Of a DNA stretch of 54,677 nucleotides, positions 10,981 to 19,615 are shown piece after piece. A program made the translations under genes and the position numbers. The stretch is from contig CAXTTL010000008.1 in assembly GCA_964247135.1 (NCBI GenBank), positions 1 to 54,677 of the forward strand, given 5' to 3'. The notes under the pieces are model-generated. The model did not search any database. It saw only the letters and a list, made by a program, of their open reading frames with translations, and was not told where the DNA came from. Position 1 is the first letter of the stretch; each line of letters begins with the position of its first letter. The DNA comes from an uncultured Deinococcales bacterium. Lineage in GTDB: Bacteria > Deinococcota > Deinococci > Deinococcales > JAAFIG01.

Positions 10981-12540
10981 TTAAGCCGCCTTGATCGGGA
11001 TTTCAAATTGAAAGGTCGAACCTTGACCGGCACCTTTGGATTCCGCCCAGACCTTGCCGCCATGTCCCTCAACGATGGCTTTGACGATCACCAAACCCAA
11101 GCCTGTGCCTTTGCTGCGGTGCGTTTCGCCTGGAAGGCGGGCAAATTTTTCAAACAGCAATTTCAAATGTTCGCTCGAGATGCCATGCCCGGTGTCTTTG
11201 ACACTAAAACGCACGAAATCGTTTTTTTGCTCAAGCGTTACTTCGATTCTGCCATGTTCGGGCGTGTATTTTATGGCATTCGAGATCAGGTTATCGACCA
11301 CTTGTTTGAGTTTGGTTTCGTCAACCAAAGCATGTAGCGTTTCTGGTAACTCGAGTTTTAACGTTTGGTTTTTTTCGGTTGCGATCACGTTGGCTTGGTC
11401 GCTCGAGGATTGAATCAGTTTGCACAAATCGGTGTCTTTGGTTTCAATTTTTAAGTAACCGGCGTCTATTTTGGCGTAATCGAGGTAATCGGTGACCAGG
11501 GAAATCATTTTTTTGGCGGCATCGGATGCCAAGACCAGCATTTTTTGTTGGTTGGCGTCAAAAGTCTGCTTGTCCTCGAGCAATTCGTCGATTGCCAGTT
11601 CGACCACGTTGGCGGGGTTGCGAATGTCGTGGGTGATCATCGAGTAAAAATCGGTTTTCAGTTGCTCGAGTTGCCGTCTGGCAATAATACCGGCGCGGTA
11701 ATTTCTGGCTTGTTCGAGCGCGTCAAAAAATTGGCTTTTGTCCCCTTCAAGCGGCAGGTCTTGCTTTTGAAAGTAACCGTCTGCGCCCTCGCGGATGGTG
11801 GTGATGGCTTTTTTAATATCTTCGGAGCTGGTCAGCATCACCACAACCACGTCTTGGCTGGCGCGTCTGATTTGCTCGAGCACCTGAATGCCGTTAAGGT
11901 CTGGCATCTCGAGGTCGAGTAAAATCAAATCAAATTTGCCGATCTCAGAGATGCGCTCGACGGCTTGCGTGCCATTTTTGGCTTCCTCGAGTTTGGCGTT
12001 TGTTTCCCCAAAAATGCGTTTTAAGGCGCTGCGCACCAATCCAGAATCGTCTACGGTCAAAATACGTTTCCAGCCAGAATTTTCTTGTTCTCTTAAAATT
12101 GGATTGTCCGTGGACACAAACATCGCGGCGTCTTCTTCAAGGGCATTTAAACCTTTTGTGAATGCCTGAAGTTGTTCATGCTCTTCGGCTTTTTCCAGGG
12201 TTTGCAGGCTTGGCTCGAGATCATTAATGTTGATCTCATAGCCGCTCTCGATTGCCGCATTGGCGAGACGTGAGATGGCTTGGCACAGACTCGAAAGCTG
12301 AGGTGCGCCTTGGACTTTTGCCATGTTGGCGAGCGTGGTGGCTTCTGATTCGATGGCGTTTAGCCAATTGTTTTTGGATACATATGCTTCTGGTTGGCGC
12401 CAACGGCTGGTGCTCGAAATGGCAGCGTGTTGAAAATTTTCGAGTTTCACTTTGCCTCCTGGTTGGCTATTTTGGCTGTTTGTTAGCATATCCCGAATTG
12501 CTTGGTCTGGTGCTGTTTTGAAGTTTGGAACTTTGTCCAC
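10981..12540 (-). CDS. Hybrid REC-HisKA-HATPase histidine kinase with N-terminal degenerate Hpt-like segment (start uncertain)
   Basis: VDDS..LLDLEMP receiver, THDIRNP H-box, NLISNAIKYT, DTGHG and GTGLGL. Confidence 0.9.
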   Translation of the reverse strand: MDKVPNFKTAPDQAIRDMLTNSQNSQPGGKVKLENFQHAAISSTSRWRQPEAYVSKNNWLNAIESEATTLANMAKVQGAPQLSSLCQAISRLANAAIESGYEININDLEPSLQTLEKAEEHEQLQAFTKGLNALEEDAAMFVSTDNPILREQENSGWKRILTVDDSGLVRSALKRIFGETNAKLEEAKNGTQAVERISEIGKFDLILLDLEMPDLNGIQVLEQIRRASQDVVVVMLTSSEDIKKAITTIREGADGYFQKQDLPLEGDKSQFFDALEQARNYRAGIIARRQLEQLKTDFYSMITHDIRNPANVVELAIDELLEDKQTFDANQQKMLVLASDAAKKMISLVTDYLDYAKIDAGYLKIETKDTDLCKLIQSSSDQANVIATEKNQTLKLELPETLHALVDETKLKQVVDNLISNAIKYTPEHGRIEVTLEQKNDFVRFSVKDTGHGISSEHLKLLFEKFARLPGETHRSKGTGLGLVIVKAIVEGHGGKVWAESKGAGQGSTFQFEIPIKAA

Positions 12541-12627
12541 AGGTTATCAATTCCTTTTTTGCTTGTGGCACAAGTCCAATAAAAAGTTATCCACATATCC
12601 ACAGGTTTATTCAAATTCTGTGGATAA
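12533..12627. promoter_or_regulatory. DnaA-box cluster downstream of dnaN
   Basis: Perfect boxes at 12587 and 12619; one-mismatch boxes at 12533 and 12595. Confidence 0.8.
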
Positions 12628-12728
12628 CTGGATTTGAGGATTTTGGCTTGTAGGGTCTTTTAAGCTGCCTCGAGGTTCATGGTTAGGTTCTTTGTGCCTT
12701 TTGAATCTCGAGCTTCTTTAAGCTGCCT

Positions 12729-13814
12729 TCAAACGCGCAAGGGGTTCACTATCGCCAGGTAGCCTGGATCGTTGCTGGCTCTGAACACCGCCGGCGAGTT
12801 CATGCCCAGACCTATCGTCACTTCGCCCTCAATCGGTCCCAGGGCTTCGATCAGTTGTTTTGCCCGAAAACCGACCGTAATGGCGGGTTCTGTGCCTGAC
12901 TGCTGCACCTCGAGTACATCTTGGGCGCGTCCATAATCGCTTTCGGCGACCAATTGCAGTTTGCCGCTGGCGGCGATAAATTCAACTTTGTTGTTGGAAA
13001 GTTTGTCGGCAACCACCGCCACCCGCGACACGCTCTCGCGCAGGGCAGCCGAATCGAGTTGAATCGTGACATTCGAGGTGCTGGGAATCACCCGTTCGTA
13101 ATCTGGCAGTTCGCCGTCCATCAACTTGGCGTTCAAGCGAACGCGTTCGCTTGAGACGGACAGCGTGCCGTTGCCGATGGTCAGTTTGACCTCACCATCT
13201 TTTAAAACCCGAATCAGTTCGTCGGCATTGCGGGCTGGAATCACCAATTTGCGGGCTTCCAAGGTGCTCGAGGCTGGGAAATCGCGGTAAGCCAACCTGA
13301 AGCCGTCGGTTGCCACCAGACGCGAGCGCTGCGGCGAGAGTTCCATTTGCACCCCACGAAAAATGGCCCGAAATTCTTCGGCGGCAGCCGCATAGCGCAC
13401 ACTCGAGATGCTCTTTGCGAATTCTTTGGCGTCGAGCGTCAAATCTGTGTGGCTCGGAAAACTCAGCTCTGGGTAGGCGCCAAGCTCTCCAGTTTGAAGC
13501 TTAAATGTTGCCCCGCCCGACGCCACGGTCAGTTCCGAACCAGCCAATTGCAATTCGACCAACTCGCCCGGCAAGGCTTTGGTGATTTGGGCAAACAGGT
13601 GCGCTGGCACGACAAAATCGGTTCCGTCGTTGATTTGGGCTTCAACCAGGATTTCAAGATCGATCTCGAGGTTGGTGCCAGAGAGCGCCAGCCCTCGGTC
13701 GGTGCTCGAGACCTTGAGTTGGGTTAAGGCGGCGTTCGAGCTGCGGCTTGGCACCACCCGTTCTAGGCTCGAGAGGGCATCGCTGAGTTGTTTTTTTGGA
13801 ATTTGGACTTGCAT
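12729..13814 (-). CDS. dnaN: DNA polymerase III beta clamp
   Basis: GTNLEI, VATDGFRLA and PDYERVIP motifs. ATG at 13814 with GGAGG RBS. Confidence 0.97.
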   Translation of the reverse strand: MQVQIPKKQLSDALSSLERVVPSRSSNAALTQLKVSSTDRGLALSGTNLEIDLEILVEAQINDGTDFVVPAHLFAQITKALPGELVELQLAGSELTVASGGATFKLQTGELGAYPELSFPSHTDLTLDAKEFAKSISSVRYAAAAEEFRAIFRGVQMELSPQRSRLVATDGFRLAYRDFPASSTLEARKLVIPARNADELIRVLKDGEVKLTIGNGTLSVSSERVRLNAKLMDGELPDYERVIPSTSNVTIQLDSAALRESVSRVAVVADKLSNNKVEFIAASGKLQLVAESDYGRAQDVLEVQQSGTEPAITVGFRAKQLIEALGPIEGEVTIGLGMNSPAVFRASNDPGYLAIVNPLRV

Positions 13815-13920
13815 GGTTAAAACCTCCGATGTTGGGTTCTGAATTTTCTTTGAACTTTGGATATTGTTTTGGTCTTCTTCGTTTGAACTTTGAAAATCCC
13901 GTGTCTCGAGGTGCGGTTTT

Positions 13921-14174
13921 AAAGCTTTTCTTAGTTTAATAGATTTAGTAGCAGTAGTAGTAGGGGCTGTGGATAGTGTGGATAAGTCGGATTTAACCTG
14001 CCGCAGAGTCAATTTTGCCTGTTTATAAGGTTGTGGATAACTTCAAGTTGCCTGTGGATAACCTGTTGATAAAACTTGAGTTATCCACAGGGTCATCTGA
14101 AAGTCGAGTTATCAACAGGTTATCCACAACTTGTCCACAGCTTGTCCACAGGGTTATCCACAGGGTTATCCACA
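13921..14174. other. Chromosomal replication origin oriC
   Basis: About 13 DnaA boxes, perfect at 13977, 14032, 14053, 14081, 14120, 14154 and 14166. DnaA-trio run TAG TAG CAG TAG TAG TAG at 13946-13963, then an AT-rich tract. Lies between dnaA and dnaN. Confidence 0.95.
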
Positions 14175-14328
14175 ACTTTTTAGGCTCATCTGACCTTGAT
14201 CTGACAGTCTTAGGTTAATTATAGGGTTTAAGCGTGAGCCAGCGATCAACATTGGGTCTTCGCAATTGACCCATCACTGAAAATGGAAACCAGAAAGCTT
14301 GCATTTTGAATAGCCTTGACTGGTATTG

Positions 14329-15666
14329 TTAAGCCAGACGATTGCGAATTTCTCGAATGTTGCTCGAGAGATCGGCGTCTTGTTCGACCTGCTCGGTCAC
14401 CTTTTGAATAGCATACAAAATAGTCGAGTGATCTCGAGCAAAGAATGCCCCGATTTCGGGCAGGCTGTGCGAGGTCAGTTCGCGGATCAAAAACATGGCA
14501 ACTTGACGCGGAATCACCACCTCTTTTGCGCGACCTTGGGTCTTTAAAAGCTCCACTGAAACGTTGTAATGGGCTGCGACAAATGCCAAAATATCAGCCA
14601 TCTCGTAAGTGCTCGGCTCGGTGCTGGTGAAAACATTGGATAAGGCTTTGGCTGCCATCGCCCTGGTGATGTTCTCGCCCTCCAAACCATTGAGGCTGGC
14701 ATAAGCGATCACCCGCATCAATGCCCCTTCGAGTTCTCGAATGTTGCTGGTGACCTGTTTGGCAATAAACTCGAGCACCTCGTCGCTCACTTGGACTCGG
14801 CGGTATTCGGCATTCATGCGCAAAATCGCAATTCGCGTCTCGAGTTCCGGGCTTTGAATATCGGTGATCAAACCCCATTCAAACCTCGAGCGTAACCTCG
14901 CCTCGAGCGTCAAAATATCGCGGGGCGGTCGGTCGCTCGAGAGAATGATTTGCTTGCCAGCTTCGTAGAGCGCGTTAAAGGTGTGAAAGAACTCCTCTTG
15001 GGTCCGCTCTTTGCCGGCAATAAATTGAATGTCATCGACCATCAACAAATCAACATTTCGGTAGCGGTCCTTGAAACTGGTCATTTTGTCTTCACGAATC
15101 GAGTTGATCAGGTCGTTGGTGAAGGTTTCAGTCGAAATGTACTCAATTCTGAGATTCGGAAAACGCTCGGCGACAGAATGTCCGACGGCGTGCATCAAGT
15201 GGGTTTTTCCCAAACCGACGCCGCCATACAGAAACAGTGGGTTATAAGCCTTGCCTGGTTGTTCGGCGACCGCCAGGGCTGCGGCGTGTGCAAAGTTGTT
15301 GTTGGGTCCAATCACAAACTTTTCAAAAGTGTATTTAATGTTCAGCTTGGCTCGACCATTGTCGGCGGGTGTTGCCGCCTGCTTGGTTTTTGGTTCTGGC
15401 TCGAGCACGGCTTCTTGGGTGCTGGGCAATACCCTGAAACCAATTTTTGGCGTTGCCGCCCCAAGGTGCCTTAAAGCCTCCTCGAGCAAACCAAGGTAAT
15501 GCTGCTTTAGCCAATCGGCGGCAAATGAATTGGGTACGCCAATCATATACGTGCCGCTCTCGACACCGATTGGTTTTACCCGCATAAACCAGGTGTGGTA
15601 TTCGACATCGGTGATGTTGCGTTTTACGTAATCTTTTATGTTTTCCCAAATATCCAACTGACTCAC
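14329..15666 (-). CDS. dnaA: Chromosomal replication initiator DnaA
   Basis: [29 protein letters not shown] and RDHSTI motifs. GTG at 15666 with GGAGG. Confidence 0.98.
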   Translation of the reverse strand: MSQLDIWENIKDYVKRNITDVEYHTWFMRVKPIGVESGTYMIGVPNSFAADWLKQHYLGLLEEALRHLGAATPKIGFRVLPSTQEAVLEPEPKTKQAATPADNGRAKLNIKYTFEKFVIGPNNNFAHAAALAVAEQPGKAYNPLFLYGGVGLGKTHLMHAVGHSVAERFPNLRIEYISTETFTNDLINSIREDKMTSFKDRYRNVDLLMVDDIQFIAGKERTQEEFFHTFNALYEAGKQIILSSDRPPRDILTLEARLRSRFEWGLITDIQSPELETRIAILRMNAEYRRVQVSDEVLEFIAKQVTSNIRELEGALMRVIAYASLNGLEGENITRAMAAKALSNVFTSTEPSTYEMADILAFVAAHYNVSVELLKTQGRAKEVVIPRQVAMFLIRELTSHSLPEIGAFFARDHSTILYAIQKVTEQVEQDADLSSNIREIRNRLA

Positions 15667-15822
15667 AATTACTGCCTCCCCGATTGACTCGAGCACCCAT
15701 CTTAAACCTTCAAACATGAACTTGCAGTCTTGACACAAGACCACCGTGAAATATACCTGAGATATGCAGTTTATACTGTCCAGCACGCATAGATCAATTG
15801 CTGTGGTAAATGAATTAACCTG

Positions 15823-15901
15823 TGTTGCACGTGAAACTGTTTATCTGGTAAACATAAATCGAAGATTGGTTGCACGTGAAACTGTTTATCTGGTAAACAT
15901 A
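15823..15901. promoter_or_regulatory. Two parS-like sites inside a perfect 33-bp direct repeat (15824-15856, 15869-15901)
   Basis: TGTTGCACGTGAAACT versus the parS consensus TGTTTCACGTGAAACA. Each is followed by the palindrome TGTTTA-N5-TAAACA. Confidence 0.8.
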
Positions 15902-15904
15902 GAC

Positions 15905-16249
15905 ATGCCTACTCCAGAATTTGATCTTGGATACCTCATCGGACTTACCGTCGCGGAGGGGTCGTTTACCGCAGATCGCCAACAGCCATCATTTCAGTTC
16001 AGATTGCACGAAGAAAATCCTGAGCCATTGCAACGATTGACAAAAGTAATAGGCGGTATCATTTACGGTCCATACAATCACAATGATCGAAAATATTTTG
16101 TTCTGATGTTAAGAGGACCAGCCCTTTGGCGGGCGGTAGAAATTTTTTACGAGCATCTCCCCTATTGCAAAAAGCGCCTATTGTTTATTGAATGGTGGAA
16201 AAAACACCAGGCAAAACTACCTCCATTACCATCAGAACTCGAAGGGTAA
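15905..16249 (+). CDS. Small single-motif LAGLIDADG-like protein (114 aa)
   Basis: N-terminal helix GYLIGLTVAEGSF followed by a beta-strand/LxxxxGG pattern of the LAGLIDADG fold. Ends 5 nt before rsmG. Confidence 0.72.
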   Translation: MPTPEFDLGYLIGLTVAEGSFTADRQQPSFQFRLHEENPEPLQRLTKVIGGIIYGPYNHNDRKYFVLMLRGPALWRAVEIFYEHLPYCKKRLLFIEWWKKHQAKLPPLPSELEG

Positions 16250-16254
16250 ACATC

Positions 16255-16815
16255 ATGAATCAACAACAGCGGCTCGAGAAATACGAGAGTCTGGTCCAAC
16301 AATACTCAAAAACCTTGGACTTAAGCTCGCCTAAGATGCTCGACAAATTCCATATTGCAATAGATAACAGTAAAAAATATGCCGAAATGATCCCAGAATC
16401 GGCAAACGTACTTGATATTGGGTCAGGGGTCGGACTTCCAGGTATCCCATTGGCAATCTTACGACCCGATATCGCAATCACTTTGTGCGAAATCCGTCAA
16501 AAACGGGCAGCATTTCTCGAGCGTGTGGTCAGCACCCTGAAAATTGACAATGCTCGGGTATTTAATGGTGATGTCAAACAAATTAAAACTCAAACTTTTA
16601 ATACCGTCACAGCGCAATCGGTCGGAACGCTGGCGCACCTATACCAATTGTGTAAGAACGCGCTGACCCCAACTTGGGTTATCATGAGCAACAAGGGCGC
16701 AAAACTTGAGCAAGAAATCGCGGAGATTCAAAAAATAACCAACGTTTTGTCGTTTAACACCGAAAAGTTGGATGAAAACGCGACCATTGTCATCGTTTAT
16801 GGAGGTCATTCGTGA
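16255..16815 (+). CDS. rsmG: 16S rRNA m7G527 methyltransferase
   Basis: [16 protein letters not shown] and [10 protein letters not shown] motifs; precedes parAB. Confidence 0.9.
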   Translation: MNQQQRLEKYESLVQQYSKTLDLSSPKMLDKFHIAIDNSKKYAEMIPESANVLDIGSGVGLPGIPLAILRPDIAITLCEIRQKRAAFLERVVSTLKIDNARVFNGDVKQIKTQTFNTVTAQSVGTLAHLYQLCKNALTPTWVIMSNKGAKLEQEIAEIQKITNVLSFNTEKLDENATIVIVYGGHS

Positions 16816-17561
16816 AAATACTGAGCATTGTCAATCAGAAAGGTGGAGTTGGGAAAACCACATCAACCATCAATCTGGCAGCATACCTGGCGATGGGGAA
16901 ACGAAAAGTCTTGGTGATCGATCTCGACCCTCAGGGAAACGCCTCGAGCGGCTTGGGAATCCGAGAGTCTGACGCAGGAATTTACGAGGTATTGAGCGGC
17001 GACGCCGAAATTGAGGCGTCAATCGTCGCAACCGAACAAAAAAACCTGTTTTTGCTCGCCTCGAGTTCGGATTTGGCGGGCGCAAGCATTGAACTTAACG
17101 ATCATCCGAATCGATTAAAGGAAACGTTGGCAAATTTACAAGGCTTTGATATTGTTCTGATCGATGCACCCCCCTCTCTCGGCGCCTTAACGGTAAATGC
17201 TTTGGTGGCATCTCACGGCTTGATCGTGCCACTGCAAGCCGAATACTATGCCTTAGAGGGGGTAGCTGGACTGCTCGAGACGATAGACCGTGTCAAAGAA
17301 GCATTGAACAAGCAACTCAAAACCTTGGGAATTGTGATTACCATGTTCGACGGTCGCACCAATCTGGCGCAACAGGTGGAGGAGAACGTGCGGCGACACT
17401 TTGGAGAACAGGTCTTCTGGTCGGTCATTCCCAGAAACGTCAAACTATCAGAAGCGCCGAGCTACGGAAAAACCATCAATCAATACGCCCCAATGTCAAA
17501 CGGAGCCGGCGCATATCGACGACTGGCAGAAGAGGTGATGCAACGTGCTCAAAAACTCTAA
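16812..17561 (+). CDS. parA: Chromosome partitioning ATPase Soj/ParA
   Basis: [19 protein letters not shown] and [12 protein letters not shown] motifs. Confidence 0.97.
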   Translation: MKILSIVNQKGGVGKTTSTINLAAYLAMGKRKVLVIDLDPQGNASSGLGIRESDAGIYEVLSGDAEIEASIVATEQKNLFLLASSSDLAGASIELNDHPNRLKETLANLQGFDIVLIDAPPSLGALTVNALVASHGLIVPLQAEYYALEGVAGLLETIDRVKEALNKQLKTLGIVITMFDGRTNLAQQVEENVRRHFGEQVFWSVIPRNVKLSEAPSYGKTINQYAPMSNGAGAYRRLAEEVMQRAQKL

Positions 17562-18396
17562 GAAACCAGGAGCCTTGGGACGCGGATTGGATGCACTTTT
17601 GCCCAAAACGACCACCAACCAAACCAATAAAGTCGCCATCTCAGACTTAATTGCCAACAAAGAACAACCACGGACCACGTTTGACGAGGCTGCACTCGAA
17701 GAACTGGCGTCAAGCATCAAAGCAAAAGGTATTTTGCAACCCCTGTTGGTTCGCACCAAGGGCAAAAAATACGAAATTATTGCCGGCGAACGGCGCTTTC
17801 GGGCGGCGCAAATGGCGGGACTGGAAGAAGTCCCCGTCATAGTTCGAGAATTTTCGGATCAAGAGACGCTCGAAATTGCCTTGATCGAAAATCTTCAACG
17901 TGAGGACCTCAATCCGTTAGAAGAGGCTCGAGGCTATAAAAATTTGCTCGAGTTTGGCATCACCCAGGACGAGGCTGCCCAGGCAGTAGGCAAAGCCAGA
18001 AGCACCGTGACCAACTCCTTACGCCTGCTCAGTTTAAGCCAAAATGCCCAGCAAGCACTCGAGGAGGGAACCATTTCGGCTGGTCACGCTCGAGCCATTT
18101 TGGGGATTCAAGAAGAATATCGTGATTGGGCGCTCGAACAGGTTTTAAGCAATGATCTCAATGTGAGGCAAACCGAAGCCTTGAAGCGCAGTTCGGAAAA
18201 CAAAGCGGGCAACGGACCAAGTGCCACGGCTATCGCCGCCAAACCGCGAATTCATCGTCAACTCGAGTTGGAATTGTCACGATATTCGGGGACCAAAGTC
18301 AGAATAATAGGGGAGAACAAAGGCAAGCTGGAGTTGTACTATCATAACCCCGAAGAGTTGAATAGGATTTTGCAAATGCTTGGGTATGAGGTATGA
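17545..18396 (+). CDS. parB: Chromosome partitioning protein Spo0J/ParB
   Basis: [25 protein letters not shown] and HTH. Confidence 0.97.
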   Translation: MLKNSKKPGALGRGLDALLPKTTTNQTNKVAISDLIANKEQPRTTFDEAALEELASSIKAKGILQPLLVRTKGKKYEIIAGERRFRAAQMAGLEEVPVIVREFSDQETLEIALIENLQREDLNPLEEARGYKNLLEFGITQDEAAQAVGKARSTVTNSLRLLSLSQNAQQALEEGTISAGHARAILGIQEEYRDWALEQVLSNDLNVRQTEALKRSSENKAGNGPSATAIAAKPRIHRQLELELSRYSGTKVRIIGENKGKLELYYHNPEELNRILQMLGYEV

Positions 18397-18417
18397 TATT
18401 CTGTCTCTAACAGAATA
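18370..18417 (+). promoter_or_regulatory. Sigma70 promoter with an adjacent RDRM (DdrO operator)
   Basis: -35 TTGCAA at 18370, 16 bp spacer, -10 TATGAT at 18392. Palindrome TTCTGTCTCTAACAGAA at 18399-18415 covers the predicted start site. Confidence 0.8.
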
Positions 18418-18431
18418 GGAGAGATTTTAAG

Positions 18432-18545
18432 ATGAAACCGCGAACCAGGCAATCCTACCAGCAAGACGACCCATCAAACACCACCACACGAAGCCGACAA
18501 GCCGCGCCAAGGTGCGAACAGGAGGAACGACATGCCAGCATTTGA
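18432..18545 (+). CDS. Possible 37-aa upstream ORF overlapping the next start codon
   Basis: AGGAGA 9 nt before ATG; MKPRTRQSYQQDD...ERHASI*. Confidence 0.3.
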   Translation: MKPRTRQSYQQDDPSNTTTRSRQAAPRCEQEERHASI

Positions 18546-19353
18546 CCCTCGAGACTACTTGATCAAACTCGGAAGCAAAGATTACTTGCCCGTGGCGGCA
18601 CGGTTATTGTGGTTAAACGAGAAAGAAGAAAACTTTACGATTCATACCGAAATTCTCAAACTCGAGGATACCTATGCCGTCTGCCTCGCCATCGTCAGTA
18701 TTCACGACAAACTGGGCGCCGTTGTGAAATCTGCCCGGGCATACAAACGCGAGGACAAAACCCACTTCCCAGACTTTATTGAGAAAGCCTCGACCGGAGC
18801 GGTTGGACGCGCCTTGGGGATGCTCGGTTTTGGCACCCAATTCACCACAGAATTTGACGAACTTGAAGCCAACCTCGAGCCAAGGGTCGTGGATACCCCG
18901 CAAACCACGCCAAAAAATGCCCAAACTGCCATCTCGAGCTTACCTGCCGCCGCTCGAGCGACCGTTGGCACGGCTTCCCAACTTGGTGCGCCCACAAACA
19001 AACGCAAACCGCAGAATCTCGAGCCGGAAACCTCAACCCCAGCGCCACAATCTCGAAGTCCAAGGGCGGAACTCGACATTGACGACGGCTTAGAAGAATA
19101 CGATCACAGCGCAATCAGCGACGAGGATTTGTTCTCAGAATCCAAGGTGCGACGCTTGATGGCAATTGGCAGCAAACTTTTTAACTTGCGTGACGAATCG
19201 CTCGAGAATCGATTGATTGAGGCGAGTTCTAAAATTTTAAAGAAATCCATTGCCGATTTGAACGCACTCCATTGGCGCGACGGCAACGAAGTCATGCGAC
19301 AGCTCGAGGAAACCGCCGTCAAACGCGGTGTTTGGGATGCCGCAAGCCGATAA
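18532..19353 (+). CDS. Rad52/Sak-like single-strand annealing protein (putative)
   Basis: KDYLPVAARLLW..EKASTGAVGRALGMLGFG resembles the phage Rad52-like SSAP core. Low-complexity linker and small helical C-domain; AGGAGG RBS. Confidence 0.65.
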   Translation: MPAFDPRDYLIKLGSKDYLPVAARLLWLNEKEENFTIHTEILKLEDTYAVCLAIVSIHDKLGAVVKSARAYKREDKTHFPDFIEKASTGAVGRALGMLGFGTQFTTEFDELEANLEPRVVDTPQTTPKNAQTAISSLPAAARATVGTASQLGAPTNKRKPQNLEPETSTPAPQSRSPRAELDIDDGLEEYDHSAISDEDLFSESKVRRLMAIGSKLFNLRDESLENRLIEASSKILKKSIADLNALHWRDGNEVMRQLEETAVKRGVWDAASR

Positions 19354-19371
19354 CCAAAGCCAGATGAAGTA

Positions 19372-19410
19372 AACGGAGGAGAGCCAAAACGGCTTTCCTC
19401 CGTTCCTTTT
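19372..19410 (+). terminator. Intrinsic terminator
   Basis: AACGGAGGAGAGCC-AAAAC-GGCTTTCCTCCGTT followed by CCTTTT. Confidence 0.8.
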
Positions 19411-19615
19411 AAATCTAGACGTCAGTCACGTGAAACCAAAAATAAAACTTCTCCAGAACAGTATTTTTTGATCTATTTGCTTCAAGGTTTAGACTTCGCA
19501 GTCTTCATGCGCTCAAAATTGAAAAAGGATAGAATGACTTTTCTTGAGCTTGATCTCGAGCTGAACTGGCAGCGGTTTTTGCCGTCCAAAAATACTGTAC
19601 TTTGAGGTTGCCCAG

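Noticed and set aside
12659-12728. 12-bp direct repeat TTTAAGCTGCCT, similar to the kinase 3' end at 10981
   Set aside because: Too short to distinguish a target-site duplication from chance.
13815-14012. N-terminal extension of DnaN in the ORF track
   Set aside because: It runs through oriC boxes and trios; ATG 13814 has a GGAGG RBS and gives a normal-sized clamp.
15824-15901. 33-bp direct repeat as a mini CRISPR array
   Set aside because: Only two copies, a 12-bp spacer and no cas genes; the unit contains a parS-like site.
15764-15904. N-terminal extension of the LAGLIDADG ORF with the repeated peptide [11 protein letters not shown]
   Set aside because: It is only the translation of the DNA repeat; ATG 15905 precedes the motif helix.
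15905-16249. Intron- or intein-encoded homing endonuclease
   Set aside because: No interrupted host gene, splice-junction residues or group I intron structure is visible.
19422-19437. Third parS site (TCAGTCACGTGAAACC)
   Set aside because: Four mismatches with only one good half-site; too weak to call.
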